DNA from: Antedon mediterranea
Taxonomy: Eukaryota > Animalia > Echinodermata
NCBI RefSeq assembly: GCF_964355755.1
Contig: NC_092672.1
Span: forward strand, 26,046,437-26,110,436
DNA length: 64,000 nucleotides
Direction of reading: 5' to 3'
Part shown: in pieces, positions 48,944 to 63,000 of the stretch
How the letters are laid out: each line of letters begins with the position of its first letter
Position numbering within the stretch: position 1 is the stretch's first letter
The notes under the pieces: model-generated
Database searches by the model: none
What the model was told of the DNA's origin: nothing
The model's input: only the letters and a program-made list of their open reading frames with translations
Program-made: the position numbers and the translations under genes

Positions 48944-51502
48944 CCACTAAGGAGGCTTCTAGAACTGTGGAAAATTGCAACTGAGTGGTCTTGATTTGAA
49001 CGATTGACCATTACTGTATTTAGCACTACTGTCTGTCCACAGTATTGTTTCAGTTTTAATTATGGTGCTTACGACTATAAATGACCACAGTATTGTTTGT
49101 GTTCATTGTTATCTTGGCTGGGCAATCATTGCTTGCCCACTATACATACATTCTAGAAGCATGTCATTGTGGTCTTCAATGTGCTTGTCCACTCTGTAGA
49201 ACTACATATCACAGAACATTAATGTCAATATGTCAGTAAATGAAACAGTGGGCAATATGACTATATACCATGGAAGGTACCTACTATACAGAGATTCAGG
49301 TCACTATAGGGCAATCTCAATTGTTATACTTGCCCACTAATACTTTTTAGTAGTACTTTTTGGAGTGGTTATTATGGCCTAGACAGTTGCCAACTAGTGT
49401 TTCTAGTAATTGTGTTGGCCTCATTTGGAACAGTGTGGACAAACATACCCACTAAAAATGTGTAGAACATCAGTAGAGATCATCATCATTTTATACATAC
49501 TGGAAGTAGAGAGATTCAATGCCAGTTACACTGTAGACAGCTGACCATTCAGCGGATAAAAGGTTCAGATAGCCTGTGTGTTACTTGGACAGTAGATTAT
49601 CTGACCAATAAACAACATGGAACCATTTTTATATGACAACATATCTACTCTTTCACCAGTATAATAATATTGTCTTGACTTGATTGGTTCTTTATACAAT
49701 TCTCAAACTTACTAGTGTAACCCTCCCCCCAGTGTTTCATTCATATCATATATGTCATTTTAATTTGTAAATATTTTGTAATATTTAATTTCATTGCTTA
49801 TCAAAATTTGACAATTTAGCAATTTTATTTTCGCTATAGCCGTGCAATATTATTCAATTTTAATTTTGTTGTTGTAAATTTTTAACTGTTTAAATAAACA
49901 ATTACGTCAACTCAACTGATTTTAGAATAAATCAGTGTAAAGGCAAAGCAACAAAATGTTTGGTTGAATGAAAAAGCATTCCAATTGCTAATTTATTTTT
50001 ATGTGATAATGTCAGCCAAATACAGTAAAAATAAAGACTGTACTGTACACAACTTTATTTCTATGTATCTGTGTGTCATTCTACTTTATTTTCAAGCAAT
50101 GATACTGTTGCAGCTTTTGGGAAAGATTACCAGTATTATTGCTTGATTGAATACACAAAAAATGCAATAGATAAAAGTAAATTAAAATGTTTAGGGCTTC
50201 ATTCCACCCATTTAAAAATCCTGGATCCACCACTGCATTTGCATAAGACTAATTGCTAAAGTCAGAACAACATAATCTTATTTTTATCGACATTATTACT
50301 TCAAACCAAGTCAAATTATAACCGCCTTTGAAGCCAAAACAGGTGTTATTCACATCAACGTACAAATGCTGTTTCTTTAAACAATGCTGTTTTGTTTCTA
50401 CATGGCGATTCCAGCTCACGGGAGGTATGACATGCCATGTGTGCCAAAATCTTGAAAAAGGTGTGAAAAATAACAGTGTACAGAAACCTTATTTATATAA
50501 CTATTTTATTACAAATATTCACATTTAACATCTCCTAAGTTTGGTCTCTTTGATAAATTTAAAACATTAATAAAATATTGCAATTTCTTCAGCCAATGAC
50601 ATTTCAGTGTATACATTATAGCGTTCTTGGAAAGCTATCCTAAATCAGTAGTTTATCCTTTTTTATGTTATTGTTAGTATTCTGGTCAACGATTCTATTT
50701 TGGTCTTTAAATAAGAAATATATGAATAAATATGTATAGTGTATAAGTCCAAAGGCAAATTACTGAAAAAATGACAATGCTGTGGGTATCAGTGGCTGGA
50801 TCTCAATAGAGATGCAAAAAGCAAAAAGCTAAATCAAAAAGTAAAACAGCCAAAAAAATTAGAAGAGCTTTCAACACTAGCCCTTCATCAGTGCAAGTGA
50901 AGGAATTTGGATAACGTCATAGCATATACAGTATATGTGCCAAATTATTGTATCTTTTTGCCAACTGAATCACCATCTAAACCTGCATGTGTAAAACAAT
51001 TAATGCATATTATAAGCATACAGTATTATAATGTTAGTAAAGTTAGGCCTGCGGTCAGTGGCGTAAGGGCTACGAGTTCCAATTGAACCTCTCCCAGCAT
51101 TGGACGGCCCCTTAAGAGTGCTAAACTAAGGGCCTTTGCCCACTGTGTTAATTATACAGTACAGTACAAAAATATATCTTATAACCAACTATTAAATTTC
51201 TTGGTGTCCAGAACATTACATTTTTACTATTAGCTAGATAAACTATCTTGCATAAACTATATTTTGTATTATAAATTATATTATTTCCTGATGTTTTGAT
51301 CAATATACTTTGATTGGCTAATAGTTATATTATTTTATTATATGAATCAAATGACAATGCCCAGGCCTTAAGCTGAGGTGTAAAACAGTTAATGAACAGC
51401 ACACACTAGGGTGTGGTTTTCAAAAAGGGCATAATTCACCAGCCTAGCAACGCAGACAATTCTAAAATACCTATACCTCCTATCCTATGTTGTCCAATTG
51501 TA

Positions 51503-51795
51503 AAGCTCTATCTACACTATCAAACTATAATGTGATGTGCCAAAATGGTAGCGATATGGCATCATGTGTCCATACATCACATTTTTTGTCCATAACATTA
51601 GATAGTATAGACAGAACTTTATAGTAAATCTAATATTATATAATATTTTAAATACCCATATCACTATTTATTTCTACAATATCCAACTTTATGCGACGCA
51701 AAATGTGATGTTCCCATATTATATGGACACAATGACATCATATCACTGCCATATTTGGGCACATAACGTTAGTTTAATAGTGTAGACAGAGTTTT
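51503..51795. repeat. Two adjacent copies of a MITE family of about 130 bp (also at about 41143-41280 and 56650-56776)
   Basis: Termini CTCT(G/A)TCTACACTATCA..TAGTGTAGACAGAG and core GATGTGCCCAAATATGGTAGTGATATGACATCAT recur. Confidence 0.7.
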
Positions 51796-51882
51796 AAACA
51801 ATCAAATCACCATTCTACTGTAAACCATATTACCATAATATTAAATTATTTTATTTTACGGCGTAAATAATCAACATCGTTT

Positions 51883-53814
51883 TCAGTCAGGGACATTGCT
51901 CGACTTGTTCACAAGGATTCGAACCTCTGCTGCTGCCATTTTAGAACCATAATGACCCGCCCAGAACTGCGAGTCTTTTCCTCGGTGTACAAAACGAATG
52001 AAGCGTACTCCGTTTCCATAGTTTTTGAATGTATAATTTGCCTTGAAGGAAAAAAAAAAACAAACATATTATAATATGGAACTACACATTCTAGAAGACA
52101 TATTTTAATGACCTTTATAAACACAAATAAGTATATACAGTAACTTGAATAAATGCAGTAGTTTACCTGTTTCCATTCGTTGTCCGACCACTGTGGAATA
52201 AGATCAGATTTGAAGAGGTATTCTTTAATTGGTTCCTTTTCAAACTCTCCTAAAAGTTGCACTTTTAATTCATAGTAACATCCACAATCAAACCGCTCAG
52301 TATACCTAGTACAATAAAAACAATTATTTTGAATGACTCCACTGAACTTTCGAGTTAAAATAACGATTGTGAGGCATTTGATAAATAGGCAAAACTGCCT
52401 TAAAATGTCTTTACATATTCTCATCATCAGAACAGAAAACAACGCCTAGAGTACTTTATATACCAATATAGGACAGGTTATATGCAAATAAGGAAGTAAA
52501 ATTATTTTTGCAGAAACCACTCAGTTCAGGCAAAATGGGCGTGACAAGGTCACACCTAAAGGTAAGTCACATTTTTGGACACATGGGTGCGTCATGGTAT
52601 TCATAAGGTATGATGCACATCGGAACAAATGATGCACCACTCCCAGGGGTCGTATAGTGGGTAATACAATTGACAAGTGCATTACCATTCTGATACATAT
52701 ATCTCGGGTTGTAACTCATCAATCAGTTTCGGAGAGCAGCCTTCTTCTTCAAGGTCAATTATCTGCTCCATCTCCCCCCATCCATACGAGGTTGCAAAAT
52801 TAGCTGTACAGTCATTGACAACTTTTAATAACTCATCTGGTTTATCTTTGGCACCAACTGATGTTTTTTCTACTCTCACTCCATTGCCACCGTTACTATT
52901 GATTTTCCATTTATGCTTAAGTCCATCTGTAGTGTAAAGAAATTATGTTCTATTATCAATTATCAATATTATTAAATTGCTATGTTACAGGGGGTACAAA
53001 AGATTGCCACCACAGCCCGCAAGATTATGGATAGATAACTGGGTAATTTCATGCACGCCATTCGTTCAGGTGTACAAAATTCCCAGGGCGACATAGGTTT
53101 AGCACCTCTTAAGTCTTATTTCGATTTAAAATCTAATAATAGGCCTAAATGGTTTACTATTGCGGTCCGCCCAAAGTTTTTGTGGAAACCATTTGCGATC
53201 CAACTTTTGAGGTTTGGTTCATGAAAATATTAATATTTCAGTTTAAATTTGTTCGGCATCTACTAGAGCCTACTAGAGGCCTAGGCCCTAGGCCTATTAT
53301 ACAAATATCTTGTGCAGTTATCTATCTTGCACAGCTAGCTACAATCATTAGCCTACACGTGATAATATTTACGATATTATTCATGACAAAGATTTATTAA
53401 ATATATAGGCCCTAATACTTTAATAATAGGCCTAGCCTAGGCTAGGCTTATAGTTGGCGCTTATTATTATTTATTAATAATGTTACCTGCGCCGCTTGGG
53501 TTGTGAATCAAATTTCTTGAGTACGGTTTCAAATAATATAAAGTCCTCCAGCTGACATGATCTATAGGCAAATACGATGCTGTTACTTCAGATAAAATGG
53601 GGCAATCTTTAAAGCATTTCTCCTTCCAGAAGGTGGCCGACGATACTATATTCAACCACCGATGACAAACTAAAATACAGTTTTTGAGGTATTTATCAGG
53701 AATTAAAGACAAAATAAAGGACAACATCTCATCTGGTAGATTATTTATTTCAGTTTTTTCGATAACGATTTCCTTAAGGCCTAAGCCAAGCACAGGTTTT
53801 TGCGGAGAATTCAT
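51883..53814 (-). CDS. F-box + FBA-domain (glycoprotein-binding) protein, FBXO6/FBXO44-like, 288 aa, 4 exons
   Basis: Exons 53814-53487, 52926-52686, 52305-52167, 52041-51883 total 867 nt in frame. F-box LPDEMLSFILSLIP..CILVCHRW; FBA motifs RNLIHNPSG, FATSYGW, QIIDLEEEG, QPEIYVSEWY..RFDCG, GVRFIRFVHRGKDSQFWAGHYG. Confidence 0.92.
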
Positions 53815-54420
53815 AACGAGGTAGACTTAGCCTCTAGGCCTAGGCTCTGCTAATAGGGACACATCAGCAAATTCTGATAGGCGATAAGGCCAAACTGCCG
53901 GCCTCCTCCTCTGCTGCTGGCGCCCGTGTTACTACTGGATGATGACGAAAGTGTAGGTACTGTAGAGGGCGTAATAACAAAAACAAGATACAATTTCTTC
54001 ACACATAACATTCAATTCAATCACACACGTCACGCAGACCCTACATAGGCTGGTGAGGCCTAGGCCTAGGACTTATTAGGTTAGTACTACTAGGCCTAGC
54101 CTACATTAAATAATAGCCTAGCTAGGCCTAGGCTCATCCCTTAAGCTAGTAGTAGGTATGGCCTAGTTAGTTACCCCTAGCTAGTAATAGGCCCAGCCTC
54201 TTATTTCTCTTTTATTTAGTTTAGGCTAGCTAGGGGCCTAGCTAGCCAGGCCAGCCAGGCCTACTAGCTAGGCTAGTGCAGTGGGCTAGATAGGCCTAGG
54301 CCTAGCTAGTAGTGGGCTAAGCCTAATAGTACTAATATATTACCTCCTCCTCCTGCAGCAAACTACTGACTGGGCACAACTTGCACCTCACTCAGTAGTC
54401 AACTCTGATCGGGTGCTAAC
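53815..54420. promoter_or_regulatory. Probable bidirectional promoter region of the FBXO-like and PLEKHM1-like genes, rich in AGGCCTAG/CTAG motifs
   Basis: Divergent gene orientation; locally higher GC and dense GGCCTAGG/GCTAGC palindromic words immediately upstream of the FBXO ATG. Confidence 0.5.
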
Positions 54421-54599
54421 TCAATTAGTAATACGTTGTAATGCAGTTTATTTCACTATGCAAAAAACGAATAGCCTAGCTAGGCTAAATAAAGACCTTT
54501 CTATGGAAATGGTGTTGAATTGGACCTTAACTCAAGTCAACAAATTAATTATTAAGGCCTGTGCTGTCGGATTCACATCAATAGATGGCAGTCATCTAT

Positions 54600-55560
54600 C
54601 TACTGTGGTGTGTCGACACGCTTTGTTTCTTCTATTCAGTATTACAATTTCCTGCCTGCACTGTGAAACTACAGTAAAATAGGTCAGGGAAAGACATTCC
54701 TATTTCTAAAACTTTTTGCCATTCGCTATTGAGAAAAGGGTGTGCAGAAAGATGCAGTTGGGTCATCTCGACTGCTTCTCGGTTGCAGGCAAATTGCCAT
54801 ATGATGCTTGGGTGAAAAAAACCTGCATGAGGAGACATTGTAGCATCTCAGACAGGAGAGCTGGGTCTGTGTTATGTCTTTCTTTGAATGTACCCCGAGC
54901 CCCACCTTAAAATCAATTTGTCTCGCCAAAGACGATGTAGTTTGTCTATCGGATATGAGAGAAGGAGTGCAGTAACTACACTCTTAGCAAGATTTACTGA
55001 TTTGGTCTTGGCTGGTGTGTTGCATGAGGGCCTAGATGAAAATGCTTGGTCAAATATTCTTGCTTTTGGATCACAACCTTGTCCCCTGCTTCCCTGTAAT
55101 CATTAGCAGGGTTCATGAGAGACTGGTGAATGGAGCATTTCCCTGCATATTATATTTCTACCCAGCTGCCCAGGTTCTGTGATTGGTGGTGTAACACTAG
55201 TGTTGGATCAAGTAGGTATCTCTTGGATATCCTGACTTGATGGAGGGGGAATGTCCTGATATGCCAGCATTGCCGAGGTATCTCTATACAGTACAGTACA
55301 AGGATGAATCATAGGTGTTTAACTCTCCCTGGATTGTACGATAATGTATTGGCAGGTTTTATCACCATACACTGATTGTTGGTAATTAGCGTCGGTGTGT
55401 GAATGAGTGGTGAATCGGACAGTGTACCAGATAGTCTGGTGTCATAAATGCTTTGTTCTCCTGATAGGCCCCTGGTTCAGCTTCAGAGTGTAGAGAAGGT
55501 AATCTTGACTCCTATCCTAAACCTCGACTGATGGGTGATCCAAAGTTGCAACTGACTTGA
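54600..55560 (-). mobile_element. Highly degraded L2-like LINE relic
   Basis: Minus-strand peptide remnants such as KLH..RQIDFK resemble the L2 ORF2 C-terminus; many stops and frameshifts. Confidence 0.35.
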
Positions 55561-55724
55561 TATTTAGCAACCTGCACAGTACACATTAATAGATACAGTA
55601 TAATAGTGTGTCTAGTTAGTAGTCTTTTGAGTGATGTACATGACCTGGGGTCACGAGGTGTTGACCTATACTAGAGGAGCATTTCACTATAGTTTTAATT
55701 TTATATCTTTTAGGAGCTTGAAAC

Positions 55725-58326
55725 ATGGCTTCTGTGACTGTTTCAAATATAAAGCAACTCTTGAGTGAAGAGGTTGCTGCAGCTACCAAAAAGGTGAGTT
55801 TGTACCAATGGATATCCTATTATAAAACGAATGTAATCTATAATTTGTTTTTTGACTATTCTAAATTTCATTAGAACTTAAACAGATAAAACATGATTTG
55901 ATTTGTTTTATTGCAGCTTCAGAGGGATCACATTGGGACGGACAGTGCAATTAGAAGGTGCGTAAGCTGCCAATTTCCCATTTTTACAATGCTACTTTGC
56001 AAGACCACTTGGAGGACCATTGATACTATTAAAACTGTTTCATACAACAACTTCCATACAGTACATGTGGTACCACTTCCTCTGCAGACAACCACTCCTG
56101 AAAATTCTAAAAGATGCACTTGGTTCTTTTTCTTGCACACAAGTCAGATAAGATACACTAGACTTCCAGTTTTTAGTCCTTATCTGAGAAGACTTGTTCT
56201 GCCACCTGAAATATGATCGAGAAGAGGCTTGTTGGCCGATATTATGGCTACAACAGTTTACGGTGGCCCTATTTTAGCTTGGCCACTCGACTTGTGAAAA
56301 ATTGTCAGTGTCAAATGGGTGTATGATATTTGATATTGATGAATTATATTGCAGGTTACTTTACAAATATTATAATTTTCTATTATTGTCATAAAAATTA
56401 AATTAGGGACATTTGAAACTCATAAAACCATGACATTCTGAATCTGTGTGATTTTCATTTAATCCTACTCTCAGCATAACTTAGTAATCACTTTTTCTTG
56501 ATTTACAGTGGTGACACAGCTAATCGAATATGTAATGTGCTGGAAGCCATATTTCTCCATGAACTTAAGGAGTCATATGAAGTAAAGGTAAATGACTGAT
56601 TTCTGTTTGAATATTCCACTGTTTGTGCTCCCCTTTTGGAAAATTCAAAATATCTACACTATCAAACTTTATGTGACAAAAAAATGTGATGGGGCCCATG
56701 TATGGGCATGATGATGTCATGTCACTACCATACTTGGGCACATCACACAAACTAGTGTGATAGTGTAGACAGAGCTTAAGTTACAATTTGACATAGCAGC
56801 TGATTCCCACACACAAGTTTATTATTTCTTGTACCTCTTTAGGCGTTCTGGCCATTTGTGATCAAGTTTACTCATCGTGATGTCTGTAGACAGATAGAGG
56901 GTTTGTCACAAATCACTACTGAGGTTGGCAGATGTAGGGTATGTATTTGATTGAATAAATTATGTGCAATACTGTTGCATAAATGGGTTGAATAAGTGCT
57001 TCAGTTTATTGAGTGTCCAAGTTGAATTAACAATACAGTAAAATAGAGGACTTTGTTAAAAAATGACTTTGTTATTAAAGGGATTTGTTAAAAAAGTACC
57101 TCCATCTAAAAAGTGTTTAGTGCAGTGGTATAACACAGGGAGCAAAGACCTGGTTTAGCCCTCCTAAGGTGCTCTGCAAGGCTAGGTAGTTGCATGGCTC
57201 ATAGTCTGGGCCCCTTATGCTCTGGATCCGCTTAAGCTCTTGGATGCTTGGATTTAGCCAGTAAGCGCTCATAGCAATTATGCCAAAATATAATATTGCA
57301 CCTAAATAAATTCCTGTTATTTGATTAGATTGGAAATATAATCTTTCATCATTCACCTCATGCAATTATTTGTACCATTACACTCATAATAAACATTCAT
57401 TATTTATATAATATTGTAACATTTATAATATAGGCATGGATTCGACTTGCATTAAATGACTGTCTGTTTGAGAGCTACATAGATGCTATGCTGAGAGATA
57501 CCAAAGCCGTCAAACAATTTTACAAAAGAACTGCTTACATCCGAGATGTAGAACATCCAGAAATTTTGAGAAAATGTGTACAAGGTATTTAATATCGTAA
57601 TGTTAATGTTAATACATGACTGCAGTAAAGTCTATTGGAGGAAAATGCCAAAACATGTATTATTTTTGATACCATTTACAAAGAAGCACAAGCACAGACA
57701 AAAACATTTGGTACCATGAAGACATAACCCTCTTAATCTCAAGAAGGCCCATTTACACCAAGACAATAACGATGATAAATATATGTTTTTCCTACAGAAA
57801 GCAAATAAAATCCAAAAGGTTTTCATCTTACAACATGTGATAACCATTTAAATTGTCTTTGAAGAAAATAATTATTTTATATGTCCAATTAAATGACATC
57901 ATGGTTTAGTAAAAGAGCAGTAATATTGTGCTGATAAACGATTTTATTGTTATTATTGATCATCATTTCATTTGACATTAAAAACTTTTCTAATTTCTTC
58001 TGTTTTATGTAAGATTAACTTATCATCGATCACTATCATCCTAGTATAATTTGGCCTTAAATGTTTATCCTATAGTTCTAGAATGAAAACTTCTTTGTTA
58101 GAAAGATGCATGTTTATCATATTTATCTTTATCGTCATCCTAGGGTGTGTAGCCTTAACTGTCAGGCATTACAGGACATTTTGTTCTTGTTTTCCAGGTC
58201 TTAGCAACTTTTACTTCCAGCTTTCTTTAAACTCTTCAGTCATCAACATGTGGGGATCATCACCCAAAATGCTAACTGGACGATGGCAGCCACCGATAGA
58301 AATACAACAGACAAGCAGCCCAACAT
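55725..58326 (+). CDS. PLEKHM1: PLEKHM1-like protein, N-terminal RUN-domain exons (gene continues beyond this region)
   Basis: Exons 55725-55793, 55917-55957, 56509-56587, 56843-56938, 57434-57584, 58198-about 58326 give [59 protein letters not shown], matching the PLEKHM1 RUN domain as I recall it. The donors at 56587 and 58326 each have a nearby alternative. Confidence 0.85.
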
Positions 58327-58493
58327 GTAGGTTTTATTCATAGATACGTCTAGACCATCAATTACCTCATGATGTTTTATCCATACCTAGACAGTCAACT
58401 AGGTGATACTGAAGTGATGTGAAGAACTTCTCAAAATGGCCACCGTATATCGTGTCAACAAATATTAATTATTACATAAAAATAATAAAAATA

Positions 58494-60020
58494 CTAGAAT
58501 TTAATTCGTCACTTTGACGAATTATAGGTGATCATTTTTATCATTTTATTGACATTAACATTTTTTAAACATGCACGTACGTTAACATGCGATCTTAAAA
58601 AACTGATGTACGCCATCCTATGAAATGATGCATATACACTTATAGTGCTGATTTGTACCTATTATGTGTCATATACAATATGTACAGTATATACTGTATA
58701 TCTATATACAGTGTAGCAAAGGTGAAATTACGGGACCCACATCATGTTCTATTTTTTTGGTATGATTGAATTATCAAAATAAACTCGAAGATGACAATTT
58801 CGAAAGATAATTAATTGAGCAAATAAATATAAGGATTGGAAGAGAATTTGACACGTAGAAGCGCAATGCGCGCTCTTTGAAATTTGTATAACTTCGACTA
58901 AAGAAATTTAAAAACAACGTTTTAACTTCAACTAGCCATTATGATAATATCACAACATCCGATAGGCCTAATTGTTATATGAATTCATATCTACATTTCA
59001 TCAGCTTTCATAATAAATTATAATCATCAAGGTTACATTTAATTCGGAAGAGCTGTAAGATATTCAAATGTATGGTGTAGGTGAAATTACACGACCTACG
59101 TTATTCAAGTTTTTACGCGTGATGACGTCATCAAAATGAAAATGTTGACAACTCATGAGAAAGATAATTAAATGAACAATCATATACAAAAAATTTAGCG
59201 AAAATCGGGCACAAAATAACCGAGATGCGCTCAGTTGAATGTGATAATCTATGACAAAAGAGAAAAAAACCTAATTTTTAAATTCGAGTGGCCATTTGGT
59301 GACCTCGCAACATTTTGTACGTCAAAAGTGTACATGAATTTATATCTAGAACTCAATGGCTTCAAGAATAATTAAAAAAAATTGGGGGTCATCGTGCATT
59401 CTGAAGAATGATTTTCATTTTAAAAATGCCTTATTTTCCATCACTTTCAGCACATTTATGCAATTAATGTGCACATTTTGTCATTTTTAACATGCTCGTA
59501 TAGCGTTATTTTAAGTCGGAACGGACTCAAATTTGGTGATTGTACTAAGGGTGGTAAGTAGAATGTGATTTCTACAAAAAATTCGTATTTTTACACTTTT
59601 TAAGAATCGCGCGCGCAAAAACGCATTTTTGCGCAGTAATTTTTTGAAACACGCAAATGGCCTAATTCATGCTCTAAATTGATCAAAACTTAATTTTGAG
59701 CTTTTTAAATTTTTAACGCGCGATTTCACGCGCATGACCCTACGTGCACGTGCGTTTTTATTTGCTAATATTTTTACCCTTGACCTGAAGTTTATGTATA
59801 GTGAATTTCATTAATATGTGATAATGAATTATGGAGATATGATTGATAATGTGATTTCACAAAATGGCGTATACGTGACGTCACGGATGAGTGATCACGC
59901 TGAAAAGCTTATTAGGACTAAGTTACAGTATTTGAAAGACATTGTGAAATTTTGGTAATCATTGACATTAAACTTTTTTAGATATTTGTTACACAAAATA
60001 GTGCCCAGAAACAATAATAA
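58494..60020 (-). mobile_element. Helentron-like element, inverted paralog of 1-1120
   Basis: CTAG and hairpin at 58494-58525; colinear reverse-complement match to 1-1120. Confidence 0.78.
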
Positions 60021-60023
60021 CAA

Positions 60024-63000
60024 CTAGACATGTAACTCGTCACTTTGACGAGTTTGGTTATCCGCCGCGCAAGTGGTGTAACATTAACATTAAGGAGATA
60101 GGTTGAGGACAAAAGGAAGTGTTCACGTTGGCATTATGACCTGAACTGAAGAATATGATATGTTGTTATTGCTGAATTTTATTCTTTAAATTCATATATA
60201 GTATACACAGTATAATCTGTATCCATATCACATACAGTGACATGCAGTGTAGAATAGGTGAAATTACGGGACCCGCTATTTATTGCAATTTTTAACATGT
60301 TGACGGTTTTAAAATGAAACGCGAAGGTAGCAATTCCGAAAGGAAATTATCTCAGCAACAACGTATTAGCGTTTAGAAGAAATTTGAATACGTGAAATAT
60401 TGATGCGCGCTCTTTTAAATGTAATGAATTATGACGCAAAAGATGAAAATACGACCTTTTTTATTTAACTGGCCATATGATGACGTCACAACATCCGATG
60501 GGCAACATTTTTACATAATTTCGTATCTACAATCCAATAGCTTCCAGAAAAAGTTTTAATCGTGATTATCACATTTTATTCTTACGAGCTATAACAGATT
60601 AAAATTTACTGTAAAGATGAAATTGATGCCTCACGTGATTTAAATTTTTAGGCATGATGACGTCAAAAAAATTAAAATATTTTTAACTCATGCGAAAGAT
60701 AGTTGATTGACCTAGACAATATCAAAATCGGGGTGAAAATGGAAAACAAATAAGTGGAGATGCGCTCTATTCAATGTGATGAGCTATGACGAAAGATACA
60801 AAAATCCTAAATTTTATATTCGCGTGGCCATACGATGACGTCACAATGTCCGGTTAGCCATATTAATACCTGATCCGATACCTACAACTCATCTACTTCC
60901 AGAATATGTCATCCACAAAAAGTTGACCGTCTAGTTTAGAAATTACGACTGTTTAAAAAAAGGCATATTTTAAACGAATTTTTTAACCTTTTCATAAAAA
61001 ACGCGCGCAAATTGTCCAATTCGACGTGCTCGTATGACGTATCTTTAAGTCGAAATTGTTTAAAATTTGGTAAAATTACTAGAAAAGGCTGTAAAAACAT
61101 AAATCACGCAAAAAAAATACGTTTTCAATGCTACGTGCGCACCGCACACGTAAAAATGTGCGCACGCGTGGGAATTTTTTACATGCTTAAAACGACATGA
61201 AACGCGTAGAAAGTTGATTATAAATTAATTTTGCGCATTTTGAAATTTTAAATGCGCGTGCGCGCGTAACTTTGTGTAAAACACGCAATTTTTTTTCAAC
61301 AGAAAGTTAGCGCATGATATAAATTAAACTTTTGCAAAGTTTCACTTTAAAATGTTATTTGGTTTTCGACATATGTTAAATACGAGAAAATCGTTAAATC
61401 GCGCGTACGTCACGTTGCGCAATTGTAAACATCATGAAAAGCTTCGCTTGACGACGTTACATAAATGTCAAAATGTTAACATAGTTAACAAAATGTTATG
61501 TTTGCAAGTTTTAGAGAAAAGCGTTACACAAAAATCATACAGAAAGAAAGAAGATTAAGAAAAAGATGTTGATGATGATTTCGTACAATCACAAGAGGTT
61601 ATCCTGCAACTTCGTTGCGGATAACCAACTAGACATGTAACTCGTCACTTTGACGAGTTTGGTTATCCGCCGCGCAAGTGGTGCAACATTAACATTAAGG
61701 GGATAGGTTGAGGACAAAAGGAAGTGTTCACGTTGGCATTATGACCTGAACTGAAGAATATGATATGTTGTTATTGCTGAATTTTATTATTTAAATTCAT
61801 ATATAGTATACACAGTATAATCTGTATCCATATCACATACAGTGTAGAATAGGTGAAATTACGGGACCCGCTATTTATTGCAATTTTTAACACGTTGACG
61901 GTTTTAAAATGAAACGCGAAGGTAGCAATTCCGAAAGGAAATTATCTCAGCAACAACGTATTAGCGTGTAGAAGAAATTTGAATACGTGAAATATTGATG
62001 CGCGCTCTTTTAAATGTAATGAATTATGACGCAAAAGATGAAAATACGACCTTTTTTATTTAACTGGCCATATGATGACGTCACAACATCCGATGGGCAA
62101 CATTTTTACATAATTTCGTATCTACAATCCAATAGCTTCCAGAAAAAGTTTTAATCGTGATTATCACATTTTATTCTTACGAGCTATAACAGAATAAAAT
62201 TTACGGTAAAGATGAAATTGATGCCACACGTGATTTAAATTTTTAGGCATGATGACGTCAAAAAAATTAAAATATTTTTAACTCATGCGAAAGATAGTTG
62301 ATTGACCTACACAATATCAAAATCGGGGTGAAAATGGAAAACGGATAAGTGGAGATGCGCTCTATTCAATGTGATGAGCTATGACGAAAGATACAAAAAT
62401 CCTAAATTTTATATTCGCGTGACCATACGATGACGTCACAATGTCCGGTTAGCCATATTAATACCTGATCCGATCTCTACATCTCATCTACTTCTAGAAT
62501 ATGTTATCCACAAAAATTTGACCGTCTAGTTTAGAAATTACGACTGTTTAAAAAAAGGCATATTTTAAACGAATTTTTTAACCTTTTCATAAAAAACGCG
62601 CGCAAATTGTCCAATTCGACGTGCTCGTATGACGTATCTTTAAGTCGAAATTGTTTAAAATTTGGTAAAATTACTAGAAAAGGCTGGAAAAACATAAATC
62701 ACGCGAAAAAAATACGTTTTCAATGCTACGTGCGCACCGCACACGTAAAAATTTGCGCACGCGTGGGAATTTTTGACATGCTTAACACGACTTGAAACGC
62801 GAAGAAAGTTGATTATAAATTAATTTTGCGCATTTTGAAATTTTAAATGCGCGTGCGCGCGTAACTTTGTGAAAACACGCAATTTTTTTTCAACAGAAAG
62901 TTAGCGCATGATATAAATTAAACTTTTGCAAAGTTTCACTTTAAAATGTTATTTGGTTTTCGACATATGTTAAATACAAGAAAATCGTTAAATCGCGCGT

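Noticed and set aside
48773-58326. LZTR1, FBXO-like and PLEKHM1-like genes as a functional proteostasis cluster
   Set aside because: Neighbourhood alone does not imply shared function in animal genomes; the sequence gives no evidence of co-regulation beyond the head-to-head pair.
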